A DNA stretch of 64,000 bases, from positions 116,623 through 180,622 of the forward strand of contig DAOUPZ010000004.1 of the NCBI GenBank assembly GCA_030625885.1, in the 5' to 3' direction. The notes under the pieces are model-generated. The model did no database searches, was not told the DNA's origin, and worked only from the letters and a program-made list of their open reading frames with translations. How positions within the stretch are numbered: the stretch's first letter is position 1; each line of letters starts with the position of its first letter. Below, piece after piece: positions 1 to 9,948 of this stretch. The DNA is from Clostridia bacterium. Its GTDB lineage: Bacteria; Bacillota; DAOUPZ01. The position numbers and the translations under genes were made by a program.

Positions 1-1148
1 GTTACCCGATCTAATAGGTCTCCACCTTGCTGAGGATCAACTAACGGAATTAAGCTATAACCAATTTCCAACTCCATGGGATCAACTTGCAACAGCGAAA
101 GAACATTTTCCGGTTTACGCGTTTCTTCAATTGCATCTTCTTCAGCTTCTAACGCTTCCGCTTGGGCTGCTTGCTTAGAGGTACGATTTATTAAATATGC
201 CAACGTTCCCACTATAATAGCAATGGTTATAAAAGGGATATGAGGAAGCCCCGGAATCATACTTAAAAACAACAATGCCCCTGTAGCAATAAATAATGCT
301 TTAGGTTGACTGAATATTTGCCCGATAACATCCCGCCCCAGACTTCCTTCCGACGCCGCCCGTGTGACAATAATACCTGTTGAGGTTGATATCATAAGTG
401 CGGGGATTTGACTAACTAACCCATCCCCAACCGTAAGAAGCGTAAATCGCTGTGCTGCCTGTGCAATAGGCATTTTCATGGTGATGACGCCGATTACCAA
501 TCCCCCAATAATATTGATAATTGTAATAATAATGCCCGCAATTGCATCTCCTTTAACGAACTTACTGGCTCCATCCATAGCCCCATAAAAATTAGCTTCA
601 CGCTGAATTTTATTGCGTCTATCTCTTGCGTCCTGCTCAGAAATTAATCCCGCATTGAGATCCGCATCGATACTCATCTGTTTCCCAGGCATCGCATCTA
701 ACGTAAAACGAGCAGCAACCTCAGCAACCCTTTCTGCACCCTTCGTAATAACCACAAACTGAATAACAATTAGAATTAAAAATATCACAAACCCCACGAT
801 TGGGTTTCCACCTACTACAAAATTACCAAAGGCATCAATCAGTGCACCTGCATTTCCTTTAAGCAATATTAATCGTGTAGAAGATACGTTAAGTGCCAAA
901 CGAAAAAGGGTTGTAATTAATAACAAAGAGGGGAAAATTGACAATTCCAGTGATTCCTGCGTATACATGGTTACTAGTAAAATAATTAACGCTAAAGTAA
1001 TATTTATTGTAAGTAAAAGTGTCAATAAAAAACTAGGCATCGGTACAATCATCATGATTACAATAGCAATAATACCACACGCTACCATTATATCACTATT
1101 CTTTAAAATACGATCTATATCAAAAGGTGTTGAAATTGATGATGCCAT
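1..1148 (-). CDS. flhA: Flagellar biosynthesis protein FlhA, N-terminal ~380 aa; gene continues beyond window start
   Basis: Manual minus-strand translation from ATG at 1148 gives MASSISTPFDIDRILKNSDIMVACGIIAIVIMMIVPMP...LLLTINITLALIILLVTMY, the multi-TM N-terminus typical of FlhA; lies downstream of flhB in canonical order. Confidence 0.8.
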   Translation of the reverse strand, partial: MASSISTPFDIDRILKNSDIMVACGIIAIVIMMIVPMPSFLLTLLLTINITLALIILLVTMYTQESLELSIFPSLLLITTLFRLALNVSSTRLILLKGNAGALIDAFGNFVVGGNPIVGFVIFLILIVIQFVVITKGAERVAEVAARFTLDAMPGKQMSIDADLNAGLISEQDARDRRNKIQREANFYGAMDGASKFVKGDAIAGIIITIINIIGGLVIGVITMKMPIAQAAQRFTLLTVGDGLVSQIPALMISTSTGIIVTRAASEGSLGRDVIGQIFSQPKALFIATGALLFLSMIPGLPHIPFITIAIIVGTLAYLINRTSKQAAQAEALEAEEDAIEETRKPENVLSLLQVDPMELEIGYSLIPLVDPQQGGDLLDRV

Positions 1149-1168
1149 TTTTTATTCTCCTTTTAGGT

Positions 1169-2245
1169 TTACGCTTTTTTCTGTTTTAATTGATAAACAA
1201 AAGCCAATACTTCTGCCACAGCTTTGTACAAACTCGCAGGGACAGCTTCTCCAATCTCTACTGATTCATAAAGAGAACGCGCTAAGGGCTTGTTTTCAAA
1301 AATACTGACTTCATGATTGCGCCCCACTTCTTTTATCCTTTGAGCCATCATATCTTGTCCTTTAGCAATGACTGTAGGCGCCTCCATACGATTACTATCA
1401 TATTTTAATGCAACGGCTAGATGCGTAGGGTTCGTAATAATTACATCTGCTTCAGGAACAGATTGCATCATTCGCTGCATAGCCATCGCTCGTTGTCTTT
1501 CTTTAATTTTTGATTTAATAAGGGGATCCCCCTCTGATTGTTTGTATTCATCTTTAATTTCTTTCTTTGACATTTTTAAGTTTTTTTCATATTCGTACCA
1601 TTGAAAAGCATAGTCAAATATGGCTAAAAACAATAACAATATCCCTGCAGAAATTGCAATACGATAACTTATTTTCCCCACATACGCCATCCCTGTGAAG
1701 ATACTCATATCTTGCAATAACGGTAAATTAATGAATTCCTTTTTAATGATTCTAAAAGCAATATATCCTACCAAAAAAACTTTAAACAAAGATTTAACAA
1801 GTTCGACCACGGAACGTTTGGAAAACATTCGCTTTAAACCCTCTAAAGGATTTAACCGTTCAGGTTTAAATTTTAATGGTTCTGTAGTAAAAAGCGGGCC
1901 TACCTGAATATAGTTTGCCAGTATACCCACTATCATAACGATAATCATAAAAGGCAGTATAATCTTACCCATAGTACTAATGGTTAAAAAAGTCAAAGAA
2001 ATCATACCACCACGGGTTACAGCAAATCCCAAGGGATTTGTAAAAAGCGTCACCATAAAATTTCCAATTTGTTCTCCCATATAGGGCATAAAGGAAAATA
2101 ATACACCAAAAGCCACGAGTAATATAAGTGCTGAATTTAATTCTACGCTTTTTAGTATCTGCCCTTTTTCCCTTGCTTCTCGCTTTTTCTTGGGCGTTGC
2201 GTTTTCTGTTTTCTCTTCTGAAAATAATTGCAGGTTAATCATCAT
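1169..2245 (-). CDS. flhB: Flagellar biosynthesis protein FlhB
   Basis: N-terminal EEKTENATPKKKREAREKGQILKS and the autocleavage-region NPTH motif; C-terminal PTVIAKG; start moved to internal Met (MMINLQLF). Confidence 0.85.
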   Translation of the reverse strand: MMINLQLFSEEKTENATPKKKREAREKGQILKSVELNSALILLVAFGVLFSFMPYMGEQIGNFMVTLFTNPLGFAVTRGGMISLTFLTISTMGKIILPFMIIVMIVGILANYIQVGPLFTTEPLKFKPERLNPLEGLKRMFSKRSVVELVKSLFKVFLVGYIAFRIIKKEFINLPLLQDMSIFTGMAYVGKISYRIAISAGILLLFLAIFDYAFQWYEYEKNLKMSKKEIKDEYKQSEGDPLIKSKIKERQRAMAMQRMMQSVPEADVIITNPTHLAVALKYDSNRMEAPTVIAKGQDMMAQRIKEVGRNHEVSIFENKPLARSLYESVEIGEAVPASLYKAVAEVLAFVYQLKQKKA

Positions 2246-2281
2246 TGTATGATGGGTATGCTCCATGCCAATAACGCCCCT

Positions 2282-3061
2282 TCATCTTAGGCCTCTTAAC
2301 ATACTAAAAATATCATGTATCACATTATTAATAAATTCAGGCAATAGACTCACAAATAAAGGTATCGATAAAAATATCATAAAAAGTCCAACCAATATCT
2401 TTGCGGGAATGCCAACAATAAAAATATTCATTTGAGGTACTGTTCTAGCCATAATACCAAACACAACATCCGAAATGAGTATGGCACCAATAACAGGCGC
2501 TGCAATTTTGAAGCTTATGATAAACAACTTACCGGAAATAGCAATTAAATTTACCAGCACCCCATCTGATATTCCAACACCCATCAACGGAATAATTTCA
2601 TAACTTTTATATAAAGATAAAATCAAGTGATGATGTCCATTTATAATTAAAAAAATCAGCATCGCTAATAAGTAATTAAAATTACCCACGAGAGGAACTT
2701 GGGTACCTGAATTAGGATCTAAAACATTAACCATTCCAAAACCTATTTGCATATCAATAAGCTGCCCTGCCATCTGCATGACGGAAAAAAGAAGAGAACT
2801 GATAAAGCCAATGGTCAATCCTACCAACATTTCTCCCCCTAGTGCAATAACAAAAACCCCTAATTTAGCAGGTACTAAAATTGTTCCTTGACCCATTAGG
2901 GGCAAGAGTGTAAAAGCCAAGAAAAAAGAGAGTCCAACTTTCGCAGACAGCGGAACCTGCCGCTGACTAAAAATAGGCGCTGAGATAAAGAAACCCGTTA
3001 TTCTACCAAAAATAAGGAAAAACAAATCCATCCTCTGCATAAAATAGTCAATTTGCTCCAT
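2282..3061 (-). CDS. fliR: Flagellar biosynthesis protein FliR
   Basis: 259 aa polytopic membrane protein between fliQ and flhB; canonical fliPQR-flhBA order. Confidence 0.8.
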   Translation of the reverse strand: MEQIDYFMQRMDLFFLIFGRITGFFISAPIFSQRQVPLSAKVGLSFFLAFTLLPLMGQGTILVPAKLGVFVIALGGEMLVGLTIGFISSLLFSVMQMAGQLIDMQIGFGMVNVLDPNSGTQVPLVGNFNYLLAMLIFLIINGHHHLILSLYKSYEIIPLMGVGISDGVLVNLIAISGKLFIISFKIAAPVIGAILISDVVFGIMARTVPQMNIFIVGIPAKILVGLFMIFLSIPLFVSLLPEFINNVIHDIFSMLRGLR

Positions 3062-3077
3062 CTTTTATTAATTCCTT

Positions 3078-3344
3078 TTACAAGTTTTTAGGTATATTGA
3101 CAATCACGCTATAGGTAAATTCCACCAGATGATTTAATATCCACGGTCCAAACAAGATCAATGAAACAAGAATGGCAACAATTTTAGGAATAAACGATAA
3201 GGTTTGCTCTTGAATTTGAGTGGTCGCCTGAAATATACTCACAGCTAAACCTACAAACAACCCAATCCCTAAAATGGGTGCACACAGAATAAGCACCAGC
3301 ATAACTGCATTCTGTGCTAAGTGAATTACAAAATCTTGCGTCAT
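3078..3344 (-). CDS. fliQ: Flagellar biosynthesis protein FliQ
   Basis: ~88 aa two-TM protein from internal Met MTQDFVIHLAQNAVMLVLILCAPILGIGL; position between fliP and fliR. Confidence 0.8.
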   Translation of the reverse strand: MTQDFVIHLAQNAVMLVLILCAPILGIGLFVGLAVSIFQATTQIQEQTLSFIPKIVAILVSLILFGPWILNHLVEFTYSVIVNIPKNL

Positions 3345-3360
3345 GCTATAACCTCTTTTC

Positions 3361-4137
3361 TTAAAAACTCTGTACAAGAGATCGGATAATCAAATGCCAT
3401 CCATCTACCAGAATAAAAAGCATGATTTTAAAAGGCAGTGAAATCATGGCAGGCGGCAACATCATCATTCCCATCGACATAAGTGTACTAGCAACCACCA
3501 TATCAATCACTATAAAAGGGATAAAAATAACAAACCCTATTTCAAAAGCTGTTTTTAATTCACTGATAATAAAAGAAGGAATCAGTACATATGTAGGGAT
3601 ATCATTAGAATCTTTAGGGTGTTCAATGTCAGCTAAATTAACAAATAGAGCCAGATCCTTTTCACGTGTTTCTTTAAACATAAAACTTCGTACGGGTTGT
3701 ATCGCCTTATTAAAAGCTTCCTCTTGAGAAACTTGCCCTTGCAAATAAGGTTGAAGTGCTTCTGCATTAACCTGGTTCCACACGGGTGTCATAATAAAAA
3801 CAGTTAAAAACAACGCAAGACCTACCAATATTTGGTTAGGCGGCATTTGCTGTGTTCCTATCGCACTTCTCATAAACGAAAGAACGACTATAATTCGGGT
3901 AAAAGAGGTTACCATAACCAAAATAGCAGGCGCTAGTGATAAAAACGTTAGTAGAAACAATATCTGCAACCCTACCCCAACATCCTCTGGCGTTTCTGCT
4001 GATCTAACACCAATATCGATATTAGGAAAGGGCAGTACCGGTTCTGCATATCCATTATGACTAAAAACGGTTAACATAACGAGTACTAAAAACAACCCAC
4101 AAACCCATTTCCTCCATTTAACGTTCATGTTTGTCAT
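3361..4137 (-). CDS. fliP: Flagellar biosynthesis protein FliP
   Basis: Signal peptide followed by conserved FliP core (LSFMRSAIGTQQMPPNQILVGLALFLTVFIMTPV); 258 aa. Confidence 0.9.
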   Translation of the reverse strand: MTNMNVKWRKWVCGLFLVLVMLTVFSHNGYAEPVLPFPNIDIGVRSAETPEDVGVGLQILFLLTFLSLAPAILVMVTSFTRIIVVLSFMRSAIGTQQMPPNQILVGLALFLTVFIMTPVWNQVNAEALQPYLQGQVSQEEAFNKAIQPVRSFMFKETREKDLALFVNLADIEHPKDSNDIPTYVLIPSFIISELKTAFEIGFVIFIPFIVIDMVVASTLMSMGMMMLPPAMISLPFKIMLFILVDGWHLIIRSLVQSF

Positions 4138-4753
4138 CCTTACCTAACTCTCTACTATTTTTTTGCCATATGGAAGATGATTCTTCCTTCTGTCTCCCTG
4201 AAATGTTTTTTAGCCGTTCAATCTGATTTTGTAAAAAAAGGCTGGAACTCAAATCAGTATTTTCTCCCTTTTTGATATTGTCACGAACACTTTGAAAATA
4301 ATTTCTAAAAGAAAGCGGTATTTCTGTAACGTGATCTCCTTCTTCCTTTAAAGTTGCGATCACACCAGGCTCCTCTATCTTTGAAAGTAAGTTCATGCTA
4401 TTATCTGCAGCACCAATAACCAATACTTCTCCTGCGATCTCAATAACATAGACAGCCCGATTATGCCCTAAAACAAAATGATCTAAAAGTGAAATATGTT
4501 TCCCTTGTCCAATATTAACCATGCGCTTATTAAAAAATCGACTCATAAAAACAGCTAATATAATAATTAATGCCAGTGAAAAAAATATTTTAATAATTGT
4601 ACCACCTAAACTATAATTAATGGGTGTCGGTTCCTGATCTTTATATTCTAAGTTTACAGGTTCTCCCACAGCAACTGCTACCAGACACAACATCAATCCT
4701 ATGCACAGCAAAAATAATAGCCATCTATTCGATTTATTAAAATATGTTTTCAC
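4118..4753 (-). CDS. FliO/FliZ-like flagellar biosynthesis protein
   Basis: Single N-terminal TM protein of 211 aa immediately upstream of fliP and overlapping it, as fliZ/fliO does in Bacillus fla/che operons. Confidence 0.5.
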   Translation of the reverse strand: MKTYFNKSNRWLLFLLCIGLMLCLVAVAVGEPVNLEYKDQEPTPINYSLGGTIIKIFFSLALIIILAVFMSRFFNKRMVNIGQGKHISLLDHFVLGHNRAVYVIEIAGEVLVIGAADNSMNLLSKIEEPGVIATLKEEGDHVTEIPLSFRNYFQSVRDNIKKGENTDLSSSLFLQNQIERLKNISGRQKEESSSIWQKNSRELGKDDKHER

Positions 4754-4764
4754 CTTTTCCTCCC

Positions 4765-5127
4765 TTATCCTAGTGCCTTACTAATTGCTTCTAATACCCG
4801 TTCAGCTTGAAATGGCTTTACGATAAAATCTCTAGCCCCTGACTGAATGGCATCAATTACCATCGCTTGCTGACCCATAGCTGAGCACATCACGATTTTC
4901 GCTTCAGGATTAATCTTACGAATTTCTTTAACAGCTGTAATACCATCCATCTCCGGCATCGTAATATCCATTGTTACTAAATCAGGTTTTAATTCACTGT
5001 AACTCTCAACCGCTTGAGCCCCATTTCCAGCTTCCCCAATCACTTCGTAACCATTTTTGGTTAAAATGTCTTTCAACATCATGCGCATAAATGCAGCATC
5101 ATCTACAATCATAACTTTCGCAGCCAT
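4765..5127 (-). CDS. cheY: Chemotaxis response regulator CheY
   Basis: 120 aa single receiver domain with MIVDDAAFMR...DITMPEMDG...FIVKPF motifs; sits between fliY and fliO as in Bacillus. Confidence 0.9.
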   Translation of the reverse strand: MAAKVMIVDDAAFMRMMLKDILTKNGYEVIGEAGNGAQAVESYSELKPDLVTMDITMPEMDGITAVKEIRKINPEAKIVMCSAMGQQAMVIDAIQSGARDFIVKPFQAERVLEAISKALG

Positions 5128-5148
5128 TCTTCTGCCTCCTTCTTATGT

Positions 5149-6378
5149 CTATTGCAAATTTTTCATTCTTTCCATTGGGCTGACAATATCGGTAACACGA
5201 ACACCAAAGTTCTCATCAATCACAACCACTTCACCCTTAGCAATTAGTTTACCATTTGCCATGATATCTACAGGCTCACCGGCTAACTTATCCAGCTCAA
5301 TAATGGTACCCACTGAAAAATCCAAAATTTCTTTTATGGTTTTCCGCGTACGACCTAATTCAACGGTAAGTTGCAGGGGTACGTCCATAATCAATCCAAT
5401 ATTGTCAAGCTCTTGTTGACTTACTCCACTACCCAGTTGGGCAAACTGGACAGGTCTTACCTCTACTTTAGGATCTCTTTCAACTTTTGGTTGCTGCTGA
5501 TTGTTAGATCTTGCAAACGAATCATTGTACTGTGAACCATTGTACTGTGAATCAGCAACAATCGGTTTTTCTGGTATAACAGACTCTACAGGTGGTGATT
5601 GATACGAAGGTTGCTCAATTTCATTTATTTCCTGGACGCTATTGTCCTTCGTCATATCTTCAGGTTGATAATCGCCAAGCAGATGACCAATTAAGTCTTT
5701 CGCAAACCACATTGGCAAAATTTGCATAACTTCACTATCAATCAGGTCTTCAACAATCATTCGAAATGAAACCTTTACAATATGTGAATCATTTGAATTA
5801 AGCACTTCATTTACTACAGGTGGGGTAAGCTCAGATAATTGGGCGTGAGGCGGCGAGATATCAACAGAACGATTTAACATCGTAGCAAGTGATGTTGCCG
5901 ATGTCCCCATCATTTGATTCATCGCTTCAGAAACACCGGAAAGATGTAACTCTGTCAATTCCTGCGGTGGATTCGTGCCATCTCCACCCATCATCAAGTC
6001 TACTATTATCCCACTCTCTTGCCGCCCTAAGATTAAAAGATTGGCACCTTCAATCCCTTTTGTATACTTTACATCAATTGCAACATAGGGAAGCGGGTAA
6101 TCTTCAATAAGTTGTTCAATTTTTATCACATTAATCTTAGGCGTCGTAATACTTACTTTGCGCCCTAAAAGGGTAGAAAGCGTTGTAGCCGCACTCCCCA
6201 TTGTAATGTTTCCAATTTCACCGAGCGCGTCTTTTTCTATTATTGTCAAATCATTTTGAACGGCTATATCAGCATTTTGTACCTCATCTCCAGCTTCACC
6301 CTGGCTGCTATCACTCCCTCTAAGTAATGCATCAATCTCTTCTTGAGATAAAATTTGATCACTCATCTTCTCTTTCAA
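5149..6378 (-). CDS. fliY: Flagellar motor switch phosphatase FliY (CheC-like N-terminus + FliN C-terminus)
   Basis: C-terminal FliN/SpoA domain (LQLTVELGRTRKTIKEILDFSVGTIIELDKLAGEPVDIMANGKLIAKGEVVVIDENFGVRV); CheC-like N-terminal region; long Q/N/S-rich linker. Confidence 0.8.
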   Translation of the reverse strand: MKEKMSDQILSQEEIDALLRGSDSSQGEAGDEVQNADIAVQNDLTIIEKDALGEIGNITMGSAATTLSTLLGRKVSITTPKINVIKIEQLIEDYPLPYVAIDVKYTKGIEGANLLILGRQESGIIVDLMMGGDGTNPPQELTELHLSGVSEAMNQMMGTSATSLATMLNRSVDISPPHAQLSELTPPVVNEVLNSNDSHIVKVSFRMIVEDLIDSEVMQILPMWFAKDLIGHLLGDYQPEDMTKDNSVQEINEIEQPSYQSPPVESVIPEKPIVADSQYNGSQYNDSFARSNNQQQPKVERDPKVEVRPVQFAQLGSGVSQQELDNIGLIMDVPLQLTVELGRTRKTIKEILDFSVGTIIELDKLAGEPVDIMANGKLIAKGEVVVIDENFGVRVTDIVSPMERMKNLQ

Positions 6379-7369
6379 CTCCTTGATTCTGGGAAGGCGT
6401 CATAATCTGAACCGCTAATTTTCCTCCCACTAATCCTGCTTTAGCCGTAAATTTTTTTCTTTCACCAATAATAATGTCCAAATCCTCATCTGTTCCCTTA
6501 TCTAAGGGTAGTACGTCACCCCTTTGAAGGTTAAGGAGCTCCTCTACCGTTACAACAGAATTCCCCAATTGCACCTTCACCAGCACCAAGGCCTTTTCAA
6601 TTCGTTGCCGTAAAACATCAATGTTTTGACTCTCTTCATTGTTTCGCACGGCTGCAGCTGCAAACCAGTACTGGGCACTTAGCTTCGGAATCAACGGTTC
6701 CATTGCTACAATAGGGATACAAATATTTATAAAACCTTTAGCTTCACCCACTTCTGCTTTAAAGGTAAGGAGGACAACCATGTCACCAGGCGATACAATT
6801 TGGACAAATTGAAGATTCGTTTCAATTTTTTCTAATTCTGCTTGGAAGGATGCCACATTAACCCAGCTTTCTGAAAAATACGCCAGTATCCTTTTAAGCA
6901 TATGCTTTAACACATTACGTTCAATATCTGTTAAATTTCGTTTTTCTTCATAAGGTCTCCCCCCACCCCCAAAGAGACGTTCAATCATAGAAAAACCTAA
7001 TTCAAGATTTATTTCAATAATAGAATTACCCATAAGGGGTTCCATGGAAAAAATACCTAATAAGGTAGGACTGGCAACAGAACGCACAAATTCATCATAA
7101 GTTAATTGATCAACAGAAGCCACTTCTATGTTAACCCGTGTACGCAAATGCGCTGATAAATAAGTCGCAACAAGCCGGGAAAAATTTTCATGCATCATAA
7201 CGAGCGTACGAATTTGCTCTTTGGAAAACTTATCAGGCCGCTTAAAGTCGTATACTTTAACGCTATGTTCTTTTTCTTCTTCCTTAATTTCCTCTACTTT
7301 CATATCTCCTGATGAGAGGGCAGAAAGCAAATTATCAATCTCTTGTTGGGAAAGGACATCTTCACTCAA
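6359..7369 (-). CDS. fliM: Flagellar motor switch protein FliM
   Basis: N-terminal LSQQEIDNLLSAL CheY-P binding motif and FliM middle domain; 336 aa. Confidence 0.9.
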   Translation of the reverse strand: MSEDVLSQQEIDNLLSALSSGDMKVEEIKEEEKEHSVKVYDFKRPDKFSKEQIRTLVMMHENFSRLVATYLSAHLRTRVNIEVASVDQLTYDEFVRSVASPTLLGIFSMEPLMGNSIIEINLELGFSMIERLFGGGGRPYEEKRNLTDIERNVLKHMLKRILAYFSESWVNVASFQAELEKIETNLQFVQIVSPGDMVVLLTFKAEVGEAKGFINICIPIVAMEPLIPKLSAQYWFAAAAVRNNEESQNIDVLRQRIEKALVLVKVQLGNSVVTVEELLNLQRGDVLPLDKGTDEDLDIIIGERKKFTAKAGLVGGKLAVQIMTPSQNQGVEREDE

Positions 7370-7385
7370 GAAGAACCCTCCTTTG

Positions 7386-7862
7386 CTATTGAATGACGAT
7401 ATCCGTAAAATAAATTTCTACAATTTTTCCATCCTTTAAATAAGAATTGATCTCGTCTTTAATTTCCTCTTTTAATTTCTGTGTTCCCTGAACATGATTT
7501 AGATCGCTAGAAGATTTATTTCGTAAAATCGTGATAATGGTATCCCGAATCTGTGGTGCTCGTTGTTGTAGTTCTTTAGCTAATTTTGCATCATCCATCG
7601 CTAAAACGATTGATGTTTTTATATAATGAGCGCGTCCTTCATCCGTTAACTTAACCGCAAAATTCTGTTGTTCAAAGACTGGATAAATTTCTGATTGATT
7701 ATAAGAATTTTCTGCTTCTTCTTCTCCTGCTCCATTTGCTGTCCCAAAGAAAAACCGCACGGCAACATAGGAGGTGCCTGCCGCAAGGATAATAACCAAA
7801 AATAAAACCGCAATAATTTTAAAGTTAATTTTAAACCGTTTCTTTTCCATTTCTTCTCCCAT
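7386..7862 (-). CDS. fliL: Flagellar basal body-associated protein FliL
   Basis: Single-TM ~155 aa protein directly upstream of fliM. Confidence 0.7.
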   Translation of the reverse strand: MGEEMEKKRFKINFKIIAVLFLVIILAAGTSYVAVRFFFGTANGAGEEEAENSYNQSEIYPVFEQQNFAVKLTDEGRAHYIKTSIVLAMDDAKLAKELQQRAPQIRDTIITILRNKSSSDLNHVQGTQKLKEEIKDEINSYLKDGKIVEIYFTDIVIQ

Positions 7863-7872
7863 TTCACTCCTC

Positions 7873-8625
7873 CTATAATTCTGGTTCTAATAACTCGGAT
7901 TCTGGCATGGAAAAACCTGTATTTAGAAGAATAATTTCAATACGTCTATTTAGCTGTCGTCCTGCAACCGTTTGGTTTGACGAAATAGGATGATATTCTC
8001 CGTAGCCTGCCGCTACCAACCTCTTCGGGTCAACATCATGAATTTCAATAAAATAACTAATAACCTGAATCGCTCTCGCGGTAGATAATTCCCAATTTGA
8101 AGGAAATAAAGCAGTATGAATGGGTATGTTATCCGTATGGCCTTCAACACGAATCATCTTCTCACTTTTAGAAAAAACACGAATGACTTCATCTAAAACA
8201 ACTTTGGCAGCCGGCTTTAAGTTTGCCTTGCCCGAATCGAATAAAACTTTATCCAAAAAGCGTACCACCAGTCCCCTTTCATCAATTTCAAGATGTACAT
8301 CTTCTTCTAATTCGTTAGATTCAATATATTCTTGTAATTGATCATAATAACTTTGTATCTCTCCTAATTCCCTGCTGTCTTCCCCTACATCTGAACCATT
8401 AATAAATTCGTCATCTACAATTGTTTTTCCTGCCTCTAACACACCAAATGAACCCTGAAGAGATGATACCATTAATTTGAATTTTTGTATATCCATCTTA
8501 GAAAAAGAAAATAGAAGAACAAAAAAACAGAGTAACAATGTCATTAGATCACCATAAGTTGTCATCCAAGCAGGTGATCCGGCCGGAGATGAATCTTCTT
8601 GTTTCTTTTTTCTAGCCATTTGCAC
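7873..8625 (-). CDS. motB: Flagellar motor stator protein MotB (OmpA-like C-terminal domain)
   Basis: N-terminal TM with WMTTYGDLMTLLLCFFVLLFS plug/TM region; C-terminal OmpA-like peptidoglycan-binding domain (NRRIEI). Confidence 0.8.
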   Translation of the reverse strand: MQMARKKKQEDSSPAGSPAWMTTYGDLMTLLLCFFVLLFSFSKMDIQKFKLMVSSLQGSFGVLEAGKTIVDDEFINGSDVGEDSRELGEIQSYYDQLQEYIESNELEEDVHLEIDERGLVVRFLDKVLFDSGKANLKPAAKVVLDEVIRVFSKSEKMIRVEGHTDNIPIHTALFPSNWELSTARAIQVISYFIEIHDVDPKRLVAAGYGEYHPISSNQTVAGRQLNRRIEIILLNTGFSMPESELLEPEL

Positions 8626-9412
8626 TCACCGCCGCGTTACCGCTTTTAATATTTTCCACTTTTTCCCTCGATTGGGGATCTAAAAATGCCTTTAACTTCT
8701 CTTCAACAATCCGCGGATTATCCCCAGATTGAATGGATAATATCCCTTCAATCATGATTTCTTTTAGTAACATTTCTTCGGCACTGCGAACTTTTAGTTT
8801 CCCAGCAGTAGGTATGCATAACAAATTGGCAATAACTGCCCCATATAATGTTGTAAGCAACGCAACCGCCATTGAAGGACCTATTGTGGTAGGGTCATCC
8901 AAACTAGCAAGCATTGCTACCAATCCAATAAGTGTTCCGATCATCCCGAATGCCGGCGCTAATGCCCCCATTGTTTCCAAAATACCTGCTCCTGCTTTGT
9001 GTCGATCTTGAATGAAGGATAATTCTGTTTCTAATATATTACGTACCAATTCCGGATCCGTACCGTCGACTACAAGCTGAATGCCTTTCTTTAAAAAATC
9101 GTCATCCACCCCATCCACATCCTCTTCCAAAGCCAGCAACCCTTCGCGACGAGCTTTGTCTGCAAATCCCACCAAACTAACAATCATTTGCGAATAATCA
9201 AGGGGTTTTTGAAAAAACACATTGCGCACAATCTTAAAAACGCCAATGACCTGATTTAACGAATAATTAATCAGTGTTCCGGCAATTGTTCCCCCGAGAA
9301 CAATAAATATGGATTTTACGTCAATAAAACCTGTAACATCGCCCCCCATAATAATCGGTACAACAATACATATCATACCTGCAACCAATCCGATTACCGT
9401 TGCCAAATCCAT
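8612..9412 (-). CDS. motA: Flagellar motor stator protein MotA
   Basis: 266 aa four-TM MotA/TolQ/ExbB family protein, overlapping motB. Confidence 0.85.
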   Translation of the reverse strand: MDLATVIGLVAGMICIVVPIIMGGDVTGFIDVKSIFIVLGGTIAGTLINYSLNQVIGVFKIVRNVFFQKPLDYSQMIVSLVGFADKARREGLLALEEDVDGVDDDFLKKGIQLVVDGTDPELVRNILETELSFIQDRHKAGAGILETMGALAPAFGMIGTLIGLVAMLASLDDPTTIGPSMAVALLTTLYGAVIANLLCIPTAGKLKVRSAEEMLLKEIMIEGILSIQSGDNPRIVEEKLKAFLDPQSREKVENIKSGNAAVSANG

Positions 9413-9414
9413 TT

Positions 9415-9630
9415 TCAGTCACCCCTGTTTCTTATCCTATCACTTATATCCCCCAAAATTTTCCTGTAAAACCCTATTGACTGTGTGATTATTTCCTCAG
9501 TCGATTCCTTAACTACTATTTTTTTCCCTGTTGTGAGAGTAATCACTGTATCCGGTGTTGATTCAATCATCTCAATCAACTGAACATTAACGATTAATTG
9601 TTCACTATTAAAGCGCGTAACTTTTATCAT
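9415..9630 (-). CDS. flbD: Flagellar protein FlbD
   Basis: MIKVTRFNSEQLIVNVQLIEMIESTPDTVITLTTGKKIVVKES matches the FlbD family; sits between flgE and motA. Confidence 0.75.
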   Translation of the reverse strand: MIKVTRFNSEQLIVNVQLIEMIESTPDTVITLTTGKKIVVKESTEEIITQSIGFYRKILGDISDRIRNRGD

Positions 9631-9668
9631 GTGGCACCTCATTTTGCAGCTTCGCTGTAGCTCTTAGG

Positions 9669-9940
9669 TATTAGCAGTTAGAAGTTAGGTCTTTATATGT
9701 TTCCCTTCCATGCAATAAGGGGACACACCCCTCGTCCCTCACAGAATGTCCCCATTCTTGCATTAGGGTTTTTATTATTCCTAGTACTTCTTTGGTAGAA
9801 GGTTCAAGGTTGAAGGAAAATTCAAACCAATAATTACTCTTTTTCCTTCTACCTTCTACCTACGTCTTTTTATTCTTTATCTCTTTATCTTTTCCTACCT
9901 GCTACCTGCTGTTCACTACCTGCTAAAACAGCCTGCAGCT
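9669..9940. repeat. Intergenic word-repeat element (ttagcagttagaagttagg; ttctaccttctacctac; cctacctgctacctgctgttcactacctgct)
   Basis: 300 bp noncoding gap between flbD and flgE; the 31-mer cctacctgctacctgctgttcactacctgct (9895-9924) recurs identically at 45051-45081. Confidence 0.7.
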
Positions 9941-9948
9941 GTTCTAAT

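Noticed and set aside
967-1907. Plus-strand ORFs of 70-113 aa (967-1308, 1368-1604, 1695-1907) inside the flhA/flhB region
   Set aside because: They lie entirely antisense to strongly supported flagellar export genes, are low-complexity, and have no RBS; shadow ORFs.
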